Shown here: piece by piece, positions 21,101 to 29,800 of the stretch
How positions within the stretch are numbered: the stretch's first letter is position 1
Layout of the letters: the number at the start of each line of letters is the position of its first letter
From: a virus
Lineage: Duplodnaviria; Caudoviricetes
Virus record (IMG/VR): IMGVR_UViG_3300033146_000323
Span: 1 to 55,754 of that record
Strand: one strand, 5' to 3'
Length of the DNA stretch: 55,754 bases
Notes under the pieces: model-generated
The model's database searches: none
What the model saw: only the letters and a program-made list of their open reading frames with translations
Told to the model about the DNA's origin: nothing
Made by a program: the position numbers and the translations under genes

Positions 21101-21720
21101 TTATCAAGCTCTTGCATTGCTACAACAAACTCTTGACTATTGATAACCTCATCTCTTGCTTCAGTCTCGTCTGCAAGATTTGTTTGTAAAGCTGCTTGTT
21201 CTTGTGCTTGTACTCGAGTAAGTTCCGGTTGTTCTGCTTCTATTTGTTGGCTTGTAAAAGTGATATCAGCAAGTCGCTGATTCATTGCTCTTTGTACCGC
21301 TTCTTGACCTCCTTCAGGGTACATACCAAGTGACCTAACGGGGTCCATATACCCGTCAAGTCGAGTGTCTCTACCTACTATTTGGTCAGGATTGTAGTTT
21401 TGTAAAAAGTCGGCATTAAACTCCTGAATCTCGACAGACTCCGATGAACCAACTCCCGAAGGTGAAACCCCACCTTGTTGGGGTGTGTCTTTTTTTTTTA
21501 CTTCTTCTACTTTAGTGATTCCGATATCTTCAAAAAATGTATTTACATCTACATTCATTTTAAATGTTTCGTCTAAACCACCTAAATAGTTGTATATCTG
21601 AGCTGCATATTGCTCATCAGACATATCAGTAGTAAAGGTATCGAAGTCAACATTGCCTTGAAAAGCTGAATCATTCTGACCTAAGTAATCATACAGTTGT
21701 TGTAGGTACTCTTTGTCCAT
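12121..21720 (-). CDS. giant internal virion / DNA-ejection protein (3199 aa) with zincin HExxH motif
   Basis: Last gene of the structural operon; TAIHEMGHIW; glycine-rich hydrophobic segment; helical composition. Confidence 0.75.
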   Translation of the reverse strand: MDKEYLQQLYDYLGQNDSAFQGNVDFDTFTTDMSDEQYAAQIYNYLGGLDETFKMNVDVNTFFEDIGITKVEEVKKKDTPQQGGVSPSGVGSSESVEIQEFNADFLQNYNPDQIVGRDTRLDGYMDPVRSLGMYPEGGQEAVQRAMNQRLADITFTSQQIEAEQPELTRVQAQEQAALQTNLADETEARDEVINSQEFVVAMQELDKDKINLDEDEAIPYFNDTYAKYGFTFRPTGLGDAMVVTTVLANGEVVEETIDLDPFFDATATEESTKLKEFISKYAKKPSEAREEVESNISQASLKAQNLRKTPRLNADGTESTVMFESAVIDGKNVVYPTLFPTNPNVQTTNPDYWTELDGMEAYEEAVKRDEVFIFDTEEEANKFAEGSWKDYRNVDAEGTSFFRERGYDYLTIRDQFDEYERARDAAFFIEDKLDRGIGQELKNLTPEEQQKYGYLYNEKGILRQDAADILKREQKIVDDLVDIYTDDDLQEVREDFDVYIDKQFQELNNEAVATNYSTKVIQNELEANSYAEFGVGIEALYNYVPDDAEGVKLREALLTSHQASKDVAQLAADKFEVAQTYLSGKFDEELRGEIVENYAGMQQQITEGLNRGKAGNEILKLALGLEDTEDEETVAQISRRIVEYMEASNTGQVSRAMSRWHSAKGFREAWDAFSDNPAELAISFAANSISQMLPYGTKIIGISTASGAGTGAVIGSTGFVSGPGGVLTTGGGALAGGMWGLRTGFAATSYALEYTNAIMDAAKSNGYDITNPKDMEAALTDENVWSEGGDRGRKRGIPIAIVDMLSSGLAGRVFKVGKTASRSTRFATQVGERLVFDPLAEATGEFAAQVNVGDDIEFKEIFAEALGGIGNNAPFAALNMAMDLRQTNNTNIANDLTTIQGLNKELGGGIFKPSPTRVSNWANNMEKLGQISKETNQRIQLNLGLRQDAINVLEATEGKGGVDTDVLNRTMELMSAKQELESTPNRKQVFAGKIKEINAELAELAETKKVRPKAETATEAQIQQGNTFAQGFQTNVAGIGLVEQTSDTDIRETAQSKYTIDGKSLTRRKFLNRINDMSLAKLKGANITVDNDQEVTDILTEKFGTDAIQEQETGGLSPNQRTGGVQTLEEAVRTVQQEQTTEPETTEETEVERLNDSQIPVSQQKFTVEMPDGDVVGATITTQLDGSRKLKIGNDRVQNISKDNTLSNEEYLTEAAGEIQTTEDVDITTVRNPKMDERMSNRQRKAAGLPVKEQVSVETETEAIVVPKSVVRPTKKDVAAFDNQTIEETRLDGILAGIADKQIADKPLTKFQSRVAEQNQSRIDEIVSSKTLKEEAADLEQTLDKKGGRIDFRLKEELSTEGRGQVDEIAAAMSANADGAVIELDEVKETMPESPKIDIEELNSRVDNPIPTVEWKVIDGVPVIFNISDQLRTGDIVNPLTGTTIDNLKGGIGFNGIEGHQNIAWASVNEAKVKAQQTAATEVYQNNKEFFDNWWGQNPEYNGLVPMVIVKMESSSILSNEAVVRVLADNLKSFPQENKVAALEAFNERILSQREKQLKIVETGKLQNGNNATPSTIKQAEQKVAQIDDVISMMEAINATSIDQILTPQALENLKGITSVNIITQNIAYGKPNSPAAKKVTPGIPSTPVAKALLGEKPTLEERSKLNLGVITDLITEPQLEKTPTRSAFMITGIDVLNPEIETTTHPNYPVGPKGKVIGIVEQPQSVLELFPAAYNNIALAIEQEARGETRQRSAKQRLMEKIPVQMGMTNTEFIASKVGIDNVGRFMDFLNRSMPFVNISTDSATFNRVISSPFVTPYLKEGQVAYGMTQDGKIFINSDVHNSESELFNTAIHEMGHIWTETLKLTPKGKKLYARGKALAMQTETYQKFLKKFNGDVDKAVDETLATLIGNKGQSVVDASLKQKLKDWITAVWSYVKDTFKLSKDLTVEEIQDLTMDEFLGVALADILQGKPIKMTDKQMSTLTENMADAMFRVDDSVAEIVRIGRENGYSDASIREVLRGRGVRAAEINEAMTYQVDLFNEIPREFRRIEGEGGILRAAKLFNEVNVALQKFATSGRANIIGRRRVKSFAEIRQKAQELLEANPIYQEQNEQVQMELKLGLDRSLGYRSNRTVSQDMAAIRQALRERKIGRENLRDAQIVLKNFIRANLPKSKTYTQAQINRLIKAVTETNADNFRAQAEKVMKVVDQERGKIKKQVLKDIYKEVKAKARPRKQSGKPRPKGIDAVGQVIFSNIKTVMDAVLVTNPELRAQKLKDIKDKLDANRAEIDAASAKILNDEDLTLREESLLQLQLAYDQFSNLDNATLEEAQALLEDVKQQKSESILRFNNRRLKQAADKAALTEEVTNQIQETNPDLFEEDGTVKNINEINDDRDNLAKDFTAKGILKKVYLKIVTDLFGRDKDGLLTRMKNTITHLGTIANFLDRSNKGLNVFRDKVYRKLNRMEEVALQNMRVMRKKINDIAAASGIEGGIEGVELAVNKALGVNKVGVPNTMTFTVRNAKTDKPRKSVFNANQLLRIYALSKNPIQRAKLERQGFTDQNIEDIKTALGPELIDFADRMVNYLSTESFNEVNAVYKQVNGVNLGFIENYFPTKTVRSEVDAQLLSEGDFNGIFSAETAPAFKDRVDTVSEIDLKGGTFTGTLMNHMETMERYKALAPGVQELNAFFQIPAVDSLLRASGLLKLTKTLVNVSVNPQSAFKADKLNAPGLMERFQSKFTSFALAFKVIQIAKQATSFINAFEQYNYFPKDSKFPKALQGPIDFAMFMVDGAGVMFEMAKDLVGKEGAIAKARKMSATFDARVEQGLEGDVYGLESGSQTFKPAGKGVGRFATARRNFKRLAARPTIIGDIMGVMGYYINYKRNIANGMSEAQALEEFNDYNATQQTRRNTEKIPLQLQGDFLSKGFTMFGSTLFLQINKVMQSATNMGRAFSTAIGHFAKGEFKKGMEARPTKKDLRAFYLNYAVANVLFVGMSNIALLTRGDKEDRDAFMRKLKDAMLGLNLLYQLPYLGAAAEEGVNWIRGTRKPVDDVVNPVSAVLGKMYRNYKENPDDWFKAIAIPTIELALGAQVDPFIGLHNAIKDGVFGDTTQDEFYDNIYDFLGITKSYRPGYGRKGSSVKGIMPIGGIKNKSDLKRYDPDLYEQVYGEADRIMKEQRELRKKMLEEMGYKEVGGKLYPID
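12398..12413. repeat. 16-bp palindrome, one-mismatch copy (coding, V-F-G-D-T)
   Basis: GTGTCTCCAAAGACAC. Confidence 0.75.
17727..17742. repeat. 16-bp palindrome copy (coding, V-S-S-K-T on - strand)
   Basis: GTGTCTTTGAAGACAC. Confidence 0.95.
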
Positions 21721-21730
21721 CGCTTATTTT

Positions 21731-23689
21731 TTATCCACCACCTGTGTTATTACCACCCTGATTTTTTTTATTTTTTATAGGCACAGTGTTCGCACCACCA
21801 CCGGTGTTGGTATTTACATTTGATGTGGGTTTCACTGTACCGTACTGCTCAACGTATTGTTTTTGTTTCTCACCCTTTAAATCTGTAACGGCAAATCGTT
21901 GTGCAGCTTTTGCAAGGATTGCTTTTTTAACATCTTCAAATTGGTCGGCTGAGTTTTCTGAATCTTCAAGGTCGATGTACATATCATTACCATCAATAGT
22001 TACTACTAACCCTTTACCTTGACCCATATGATAACCACGTACTTTTACATCACCCTCAACGAGACCCGGTATTTGAGCTATCATTGAATTTAAGTCTGAC
22101 TTCGCTTGGCTTTCTTGAGCAGTCGTGATAGCAGCACCTGCATTTTCAAGCACCTTGTTTCCATCAAATTTACCACCTTCATTTCTTATAAACGCTTCAT
22201 CGAATGGTAGTTGCTGCAACGTTCCACTTTCTGATGTAAAGTCAAATGTAGTAAACGGTCTTAGAACTACGTTGCCGTTATTATCATACTTAAACTTACC
22301 ACTACGTTTTACTACCTCATCAATGTCTGCAATCTTCTTACCTTCCGGCAATGCGAAGTTAGCTCCACGTTTAATGAAGTCAATCTCATTTGTATCGTCT
22401 AATCTAATAGTTTCAAAACTACCATCCTTCATAGTGAAAGTGATAGAGTTTCCATCATCCGATGGTAAGATTGATTTTATGTTAGGGTTAAATGCACGGA
22501 TGGCATCTGCTGCGGTTTTCTTGCCGTCTGCAGTATCATAGAATAATCTACTAAATTCAGTAACAATACTTTCTTCTTGTTTCTCTTTATTGCCTTGACC
22601 AATGCTTGTTGCAGTTTCACGTGTAGTAAATCCTGCAGATTTAGCGGTAGTCTTCTCATCAATCGATGCTCGTATTGCAATCTTTAATGTTTCTCTAACT
22701 ACTTTTTCTTGTTCGTCAGTAAACTTTGGTACACCTGCAGGGTTTGTTGAGCGGTCTATAAAAATAAGGTTGGGGTCATTCTTAGCTGCTTCTTCATCAA
22801 ACGTAGGTACATATTCTTCACCCGTTGCAGGGTTTGTAACTTTTCTATCTGTAAGAACAGACATAACATTAAACCCATTAACCATCATAGCAGATACTTG
22901 GTCTTCTTCCCACTCTTTATATGTGGCAGCAAATTGCTCTCCTTCTAAACCATAGTTACCTTCTTTGGCATCTATCTTAGAGATGATGGTATTTAAGTTT
23001 CCTTCTGATGCATATTTTACCACATCTTTTTGAACTACACCAAGTTGATTTGCAGCAGTTTTAGCAGCAGCATCAACGTCATACCTATCATATTGTTGCT
23101 TCAACCTGCTTCTAAGTTCTGCAACCGTAACAAAATCATTAGGGTCTTTACTAAGCTCCATTACACCACCTTTACCCTTAACTTTTTTACCAATACTGAG
23201 CACTCCATTGGTTGGGTTAATAAAGGTACCTACTGTACCTAAATTATTTAAACCTTCCGCCTGTTCCATTGACCACTGCTCATACTTAGATGACTCTGAA
23301 TTATTCCATCGGTCCATCTTTGTTTTATATTCCGCTTGGTATTCTTTGGCGAGGTCAAATACTTGCTTGGTTCCGTCTACACTATTTTGTCTGTTACGTG
23401 TATAGTCTCGTAAACTTAGGTCACCGTTTTGAAGCATACGGTCTTGCATCAATCTATATTGCTGCATATCGTTTGCATAATTAGCAGCAAAGGTATTACC
23501 TGCATCAAAGTCTCCTGTTGGAGAGTTGGATAGTTGTTCTCCATATTGCCTTGACTTATCAGCAATTTCTTTTTTCTTTTTGAACCGAGCTTCTGCCTCG
23601 TTCTTGAGCATATCGGTCATATTTTTGCCGATTTCTGCCCAATTTACTTGGTTATCTACCTCACGTTCTACATACTTAAAATAAGTCAT
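21731..23689 (-). CDS. putative internal virion (ejection) protein
   Basis: Position between the small and giant internal proteins; coiled-coil N-terminus. Confidence 0.6.
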   Translation of the reverse strand: MTYFKYVEREVDNQVNWAEIGKNMTDMLKNEAEARFKKKKEIADKSRQYGEQLSNSPTGDFDAGNTFAANYANDMQQYRLMQDRMLQNGDLSLRDYTRNRQNSVDGTKQVFDLAKEYQAEYKTKMDRWNNSESSKYEQWSMEQAEGLNNLGTVGTFINPTNGVLSIGKKVKGKGGVMELSKDPNDFVTVAELRSRLKQQYDRYDVDAAAKTAANQLGVVQKDVVKYASEGNLNTIISKIDAKEGNYGLEGEQFAATYKEWEEDQVSAMMVNGFNVMSVLTDRKVTNPATGEEYVPTFDEEAAKNDPNLIFIDRSTNPAGVPKFTDEQEKVVRETLKIAIRASIDEKTTAKSAGFTTRETATSIGQGNKEKQEESIVTEFSRLFYDTADGKKTAADAIRAFNPNIKSILPSDDGNSITFTMKDGSFETIRLDDTNEIDFIKRGANFALPEGKKIADIDEVVKRSGKFKYDNNGNVVLRPFTTFDFTSESGTLQQLPFDEAFIRNEGGKFDGNKVLENAGAAITTAQESQAKSDLNSMIAQIPGLVEGDVKVRGYHMGQGKGLVVTIDGNDMYIDLEDSENSADQFEDVKKAILAKAAQRFAVTDLKGEKQKQYVEQYGTVKPTSNVNTNTGGGANTVPIKNKKNQGGNNTGGG

Positions 23690-23699
23690 ATATTATTTT

Positions 23700-24554
23700 T
23701 TATTCTTCGCCTAATGACGCAGCTCCGTATTGCATACCAAAAACATTCTCAAATCCTTTAGGCTTGTATCTACCAAAAGCGTCTTGATATTGCTGACTTC
23801 CAAACAACATATTGTATTGGTCAGTATTTAATGCATCTTTAAAAGCTCTAAAGTCTTTATTACTCATTTGACTAATCTGCTCAAAATCAACATTTGTAAA
23901 ACCTTCACCTGCTTCTCCTAAACCTTTAACATTTCCAAACTGCTCAAATTGTTCAGGGGTAAACTGCATATCTCCTACCGCTTGTTTTTGAGCACCCACA
24001 TTTTGTGCGAACAAAGGAACTAATGCTAAACCTTGTTGAACTGTTTGACCTAAACTTGTAAATCCTTGTTGCATCGCTGCAGAACGAGCAGCCTGTGCGT
24101 CTGATGCAGCTTGTTGAGCACCTTGAATTTCTCCCATATCTAATTGAAGATTAAGGTCTCTAAGTCGTGCATCTTCTTTAGCCGAAAGTTCAGCCAATCT
24201 ATTTACTTCTGCTTCTTGTGATGCCCTAACCTGCCTTTGACCTGCTTGAGTACCCATTGTTACTCGACCTGCAGTTGCAGCAGCACCCCTTGCATCTCCT
24301 TCCATACCGGCTTGAGTAGCGGCAGCAGTAGCTTGTAATACGTTATCTCTTTCTATATTATACTGTTCCTTGTTTATATCAAGGTCATCCATATAGTTTA
24401 CTTCTAATCTCTGACGAGCTTTCGCCATTTGTTCTGCGGCTTTTTTGTTAGCTCTGTCCATTAATTTTTTCTGTGAACCTGCTTGACCAAAAGACAATGC
24501 AGTTGTTCCAACACCTATGGCGAGACTTGCGATACCTAATCCTAATCCTGACAT
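23700..24554 (-). CDS. putative small internal virion (pilot/ejection) protein
   Basis: Hydrophobic Gly-rich N-terminus followed by Ala/Gln-rich helices, typical of podovirus pilot proteins. Confidence 0.65.
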   Translation of the reverse strand: MSGLGLGIASLAIGVGTTALSFGQAGSQKKLMDRANKKAAEQMAKARQRLEVNYMDDLDINKEQYNIERDNVLQATAAATQAGMEGDARGAAATAGRVTMGTQAGQRQVRASQEAEVNRLAELSAKEDARLRDLNLQLDMGEIQGAQQAASDAQAARSAAMQQGFTSLGQTVQQGLALVPLFAQNVGAQKQAVGDMQFTPEQFEQFGNVKGLGEAGEGFTNVDFEQISQMSNKDFRAFKDALNTDQYNMLFGSQQYQDAFGRYKPKGFENVFGMQYGAASLGEE

Positions 24555-25075
24555 AATAATTTTTCTTTTTTAATTACACTCGCAGGGAGTGTTCTATAGT
24601 TTTCTGTATAAACATCAGCCTCTGCTTCTGTAAAAGTCTTTGCATCCGTTTTATAAACACAACACCATTTGGTGTCTTCGTGCATATACAAAACTCTTTG
24701 AGTCCCTATTTGGGTAAATATGATATGTGGAGCTTCTATAGTTACAAGTTCACCACTATCAGTGAGATAAGAAACTTTTCCTTCAAGCAAAAAAGATGGA
24801 TGTTGTTGCTTGTGAATCATAGATATAATGATGTGTCCTTTTGGGATAAACATCTGTCTTGTGTATAACCCACCCTCTAAATGTTCTTTTATAGGATAAG
24901 TTTGTTTACACTCTTCACTTTGCTCTTCACCACACTTATGCGTTATTGCTCCGTCAAAACCTGCAAGGGTTTGTTTAAAAGTTTCTATCCTTTCCCAAAG
25001 CATTCCTCTATTTTGGTTGACATAGTTTAATACCTCTTCAGGATTATCCTCTTGAACCACAACAGACTTTTGCAT
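24542..25075 (-). CDS. cupin-fold-like phage protein
   Basis: GLYTRQMFIPKGHIIISMIHKQQHPSFLLEGKV beta-barrel pattern. Confidence 0.55.
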   Translation of the reverse strand: MQKSVVVQEDNPEEVLNYVNQNRGMLWERIETFKQTLAGFDGAITHKCGEEQSEECKQTYPIKEHLEGGLYTRQMFIPKGHIIISMIHKQQHPSFLLEGKVSYLTDSGELVTIEAPHIIFTQIGTQRVLYMHEDTKWCCVYKTDAKTFTEAEADVYTENYRTLPASVIKKEKLLCQD

Positions 25076-25108
25076 ATAATTAAATTTTCATTACAAAGAT
25101 AATAAAAT

Positions 25109-25927
25109 TTAAGGGAAAGATTTCATCACTTCAGATTCCACCGCAAATAGCTCAGAAGGATTAATCGACTCTTGAACGGGTAATGTGAGAGTAAATTCAC
25201 AATAATGACCTAAAACACCGTGAGATTCTGCAATTGGGTTCTTGATATACAAGAAATAAGCGTCATTAATTGGTATAGGATTGGTAGCTCCCGGCACTGA
25301 AGTAGAGTCTATAACAATAGAGTTAATACCATTGGCTTTATCTACATCTATATTAGTTATTTCTCCTGCAAATATCGGGGTATCATAAGGTGGAAGTGCA
25401 TAGTATAAATAGTCTCCTACACTTACAATACTTCCGATGTTAACTGACAAATCAAATGCAACCACATATGCGTTTGCCGCACCACCTACACTTGTACTAC
25501 GAGCAATACCATTTAAAGAACGAAGCTCGAACTCGGCTTCAGTAACTGAAGCACCTGTTCCACCATCATTACGTATGAATGCAAACCACGCTTCTTCTTT
25601 CTTTTCATACCACGTGTAATCAATAAATCCTGTGTTTTGAATATCCGTAACAAACCTGCCTTGCCACGCATCATCACTTTCAAGGTTAATTGTTTTAAAT
25701 AACTTGTTTTGTAATGGCATATCATTAAACACACTTGACATAGTTGACGGGAATGTGGTACCATAAAACGTGTTGTAATCATTATTGGTATTGTGACGAA
25801 ATAAATTACCTCCTTTAAACGTATAAAAGAACTGATTCATTCCTATCATATAATCAGGAAAGAAAGAATAAAAAGAAGGGAACCCCTTTGAGGTTTCACT
25901 GTATGTTAAAGTATAATTCTGACTCAT
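25109..25927 (-). CDS. tail structural protein
   Basis: TLTYSE..GFPSFYSF.PD.M and KKE..WFA motifs; tail-module position. Confidence 0.6.
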   Translation of the reverse strand: MSQNYTLTYSETSKGFPSFYSFFPDYMIGMNQFFYTFKGGNLFRHNTNNDYNTFYGTTFPSTMSSVFNDMPLQNKLFKTINLESDDAWQGRFVTDIQNTGFIDYTWYEKKEEAWFAFIRNDGGTGASVTEAEFELRSLNGIARSTSVGGAANAYVVAFDLSVNIGSIVSVGDYLYYALPPYDTPIFAGEITNIDVDKANGINSIVIDSTSVPGATNPIPINDAYFLYIKNPIAESHGVLGHYCEFTLTLPVQESINPSELFAVESEVMKSFP

Positions 25928-25937
25928 ATCTTATTTT

Positions 25938-26861
25938 TTACGGACAATTAATCATTGAAATAATAACTCCATTTGCGTCTACATCTATTTGTTTTTGTCC
26001 TGATGGGGGGTCGATGGTATAACTACCCTGAGCTGCTCTGTTGTTACCATATGCATCTGTAACAAAGAACTCACGTACCGCAGGTTCCCCTGCAGTTCCA
26101 CCACGATTAGGTACATTGTAATATGTATTTGGTTTTTCGTCATCGCATTGTCCATTCAACTGACTTGTTGGTACACCTGTAAGTAATACAGGGCAGTTTA
26201 TTTCTACCTGCCAAGCCGTTCCACAAACACCTGTTATCTGTACAGTAAAGTCTTCAGGAGTAGCAACATTTTTTGGTATATATAAAGTAGAATATCCCGG
26301 AGCTGCTGCAGTTAATACCACGTCTCCACTTGTTCCTGTAACTGTTCCTGAAGTTCCAACCAAATCAAAGTTCGAACCATTCCATTGTCTTTCATCTAAT
26401 CCTGAATATCCACCTGCATCTAAAGTTTGTCCTATAGGTGGGTTACAATCATTTGCTGTTGCTCCAATAAAAGTATAATTGTTTGCGTTATTAGAAGCGA
26501 GATATCCATAGTTAGGACTTGTAAGTTCATTAAATGTATTATTGTCATACAGAACTCTAATACCATCAGGAACCGATTGAGGATTAAAATAAACAATAGT
26601 ACAACCTACACTATTACCTGTGCCGAAGGTTAATTCAAAAACACCTGAGCCTCCACCTGCATTAATCGCTTGACCACAAGGGAATGTGCAACTTGGACAA
26701 ACGGTTTGAAAAGTTAAAAAACCTCCTACCTGCTCACGCACAATAGCTCCGTCTGAATAAAATCCATCGGGTGCTTTAGTCGTAAGAGCAGCAGTATCAA
26801 AAACTGCTGATGCATTTGATAACGAAGTTCCGTCTATAAAGTAATTTCCTAATGTTGGCAT
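25938..26861 (-). CDS. tail-associated structural protein
   Basis: Gly/Thr-rich beta protein in the tail module. Confidence 0.55.
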   Translation of the reverse strand: MPTLGNYFIDGTSLSNASAVFDTAALTTKAPDGFYSDGAIVREQVGGFLTFQTVCPSCTFPCGQAINAGGGSGVFELTFGTGNSVGCTIVYFNPQSVPDGIRVLYDNNTFNELTSPNYGYLASNNANNYTFIGATANDCNPPIGQTLDAGGYSGLDERQWNGSNFDLVGTSGTVTGTSGDVVLTAAAPGYSTLYIPKNVATPEDFTVQITGVCGTAWQVEINCPVLLTGVPTSQLNGQCDDEKPNTYYNVPNRGGTAGEPAVREFFVTDAYGNNRAAQGSYTIDPPSGQKQIDVDANGVIISMINCP

Positions 26862-26873
26862 ATCATTTAATTT

Positions 26874-29800
26874 TTAAGGTGCACATCCGCATCTAAGTTC
26901 ATTTACTGTTATACCTGCTACGGGTGTGTATTGTTTGTCACATTCAGTTACTGTTTGTCCTGCAACGATTAATCTTAAAATCGGTGTATCATCACAATCA
27001 ATCGTTTGAATTGTTATATTATTCTGAGTTGTATTTGTGTACTCATAAGTTTTACAACTACCCTCACAACAACATTGTTGTAGTACCGCATTATACGTTG
27101 CAGTAGTTGCCGGTGGATTAAATGTTTTAATACATCTTGTCCCCGAGAAACCTGCAAGTTGGCTTTCAGTTACAGTGTTTCCAAAACAGTTTACGTAAGA
27201 AACCTGTCCATCAGATATCCAAAAAACTTGATACTCTTGACATATATCATCACAAGTTATGCCTGTAACAAGAGAACCAATTGTTGCGGTAGCAGGTCCA
27301 TCAGTAATTGCTTGTATTGTGTAATGACATCCATCAATAGTTACTAAGTCGCCCTGACTTGCACCTAACGTATTTTCAACTATGTGGTTCTGAGTTAAAG
27401 AAGGGTCTACACTTGTTCCGTTTTCACATAATGAAGCCTGTCTAAACTCTGTGCATTCACAACCAATCAGTTTCATTTCGTATTGTGCAGTAATTCCCGG
27501 AGGATATACTTCTTTAATACATCTTGTAATTACCTGACTTTCAACTGCCGTGAATCCTAAAATAGTACCATCACACTGCACATATCCAAAATTACCGCCT
27601 GTTAAGAAAGTAACCTCATAATTATGACAAACGTTTTGACACGTAATCTCAATAGGGAATACTTGTGTAGGCACTGCAGTAGCAGGACCTGCTACAATTG
27701 CATCGGCTCTATAAGAACATCCATTGATTTCAACAATTTGTCCAATAACTATAGCACCTCCTACAGATTCTACAACGTGAGTTGTAACTACTGATGGGTC
27801 AGGTGGTACGTTTCCTGCGTCACATATTCTAACTTCTAAAAATTCAGTAGGAACTACATCACACGTACAACTAATTAATCCTACTTCAATACCTACAGGT
27901 TGAACCGGAGGAATCTCTGTTGCACAAACTTCTTCAAACCCTCCTGCCTCTATTAGAGGTATCTCTTGTGGGTCTCCATTACAATCAGTGTATGGTACAT
28001 TAACAATTGGTCCACCTGATGTGTTGTTAAATCTATACGTTTGACACACATCAGTACAGTCTGTAATATCATTTCTAACTGCAGATATGGTGTCAGTTGA
28101 ATTGTCTTGAACTATGCTTGTTATTTCAAACACACAATCAGGATACCCTGTAAGCTCTACAAAGTCACCAATCGTTTCATTGACAAGTTGTGTAACTACT
28201 TCAGTTACTACTTGACCGTCTTGACGACACTGTTGAACTAACATTTGGTCAGGGTCTAATGTACACTGACAATTTGCTAAGTTTAAACTAATTCCTTGTG
28301 GGATTGTAGTAAGCTCAGTCATACAGACTTTTGCCGTACCTCCCGGTGGAAGAGCCTCAGAAACATTTGCTCCCTCACAATCTACATAGTCTACAGTTAG
28401 GGTTGCTTGTGGGTCAGTGTTTGACATATTGTACTCTTGACATACATCAGTACAATCAGTGATGTCATTTCTAACCGCATTAACTGAAGCGTTTACTGAC
28501 TCCTGCGTGGTCTGAGATACTTGGAAAATACAATTAGGATAACCTACAAGCTCTACAAAATCACCTATTGATAACCCAAGATTGTCATCTATAACGAATT
28601 GTTGAATTGTTCCGTCTTCTCTACATTGTCTCACTAACAATCTATCTACTGATTCACCACACTCACAACAAGCAGCAAATGCCGTGTTAGCATCGTAACA
28701 AAGTTCTACTGCAGTTCCATTTCTATAATCGTAAATAATATATAGATATTGGTCGTTAGTATTTGGCATAGTAAACTGTGCTTCATACGTATTAGGTCCA
28801 CCTGTTATTGGTGTAGCATTATTTGAAGCAGCAAGTAAAGCCGTAATATCTCCGGGTGTATTAGCGTAGAACGTGTTAGTTCTTAAATATCTTAATTTAT
28901 CAACCAATGGGTCAAACACAAAATCATCAATCGGAAGGATTCTGTTACTTATAATACTAACATCAGCATTGTCAGCCGGAATAAATCCTCCACCTTGAGC
29001 TCCAACTATTTGAGTAAACTGTGAAACCAAAGGTGTATTGGTTCCTGTGACTAATTCTACTTGTTCACTCTGTAATGGAGAAGTAAATACTCCATCCACC
29101 CATCTATATTCATTATGAATAAATTGTCCTCCATCACCATTAACAGAAAGACAAACCTGAATAATAGTTATCTCTTGAGCATCAGGACAGTTTACTGTTA
29201 CTTCAAGTAATGTGCTACCTGTAGAAGTAACTAAAAGCTCAATGCTTTCTTCTGTTACATTGTTCTTTGGTACAGTTAAAGAACCTGAAACACCTGTAAC
29301 CCCTGTGGTAAATGTTTGTCCATCATAAGTTGCATTCAACACAAAGTCGTCTTGACCTGCTCCAATCACGTTATACTCAATTAACACTTCACCTACAAGC
29401 GTCCCTACATCAACGCAGAAATCACTTGATGATTCAAGTGTCACATTTAAAGTTCTTGTAATACCACATTCAATGCATTCTACAATCTGAGGTAATAATT
29501 CATTGTTTGAACTTAACACGTATTCATTGTGATACGGGTCCCAACCTCCTAACTTTTGCGTATTAAATGATTCAAGAAACAAATCTCTAAACCATCCACG
29601 CATCCCTGCTTCAGAGATAACATTTAATGCTTCATTTTGTCCTGCAGTTCCTCTAAGCTGAATGACTGCTCCTCTTTTTGCATCAGTAAAGAATTTGTTA
29701 GGTCCCCACTTAGCATAGCTTTCAGGATGAAAACTTATACCGTATTCTTCTATACGTGCTACTTGTGTCCCTAATACTTCAGGAATAGACGCAACTGTAC

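Noticed and set aside
12121-21720. Giant protein as a crAss-like or N4-like virion RNA polymerase
   Set aside because: No DxDGD/DFDID-type catalytic motif or T7-type motifs recognised
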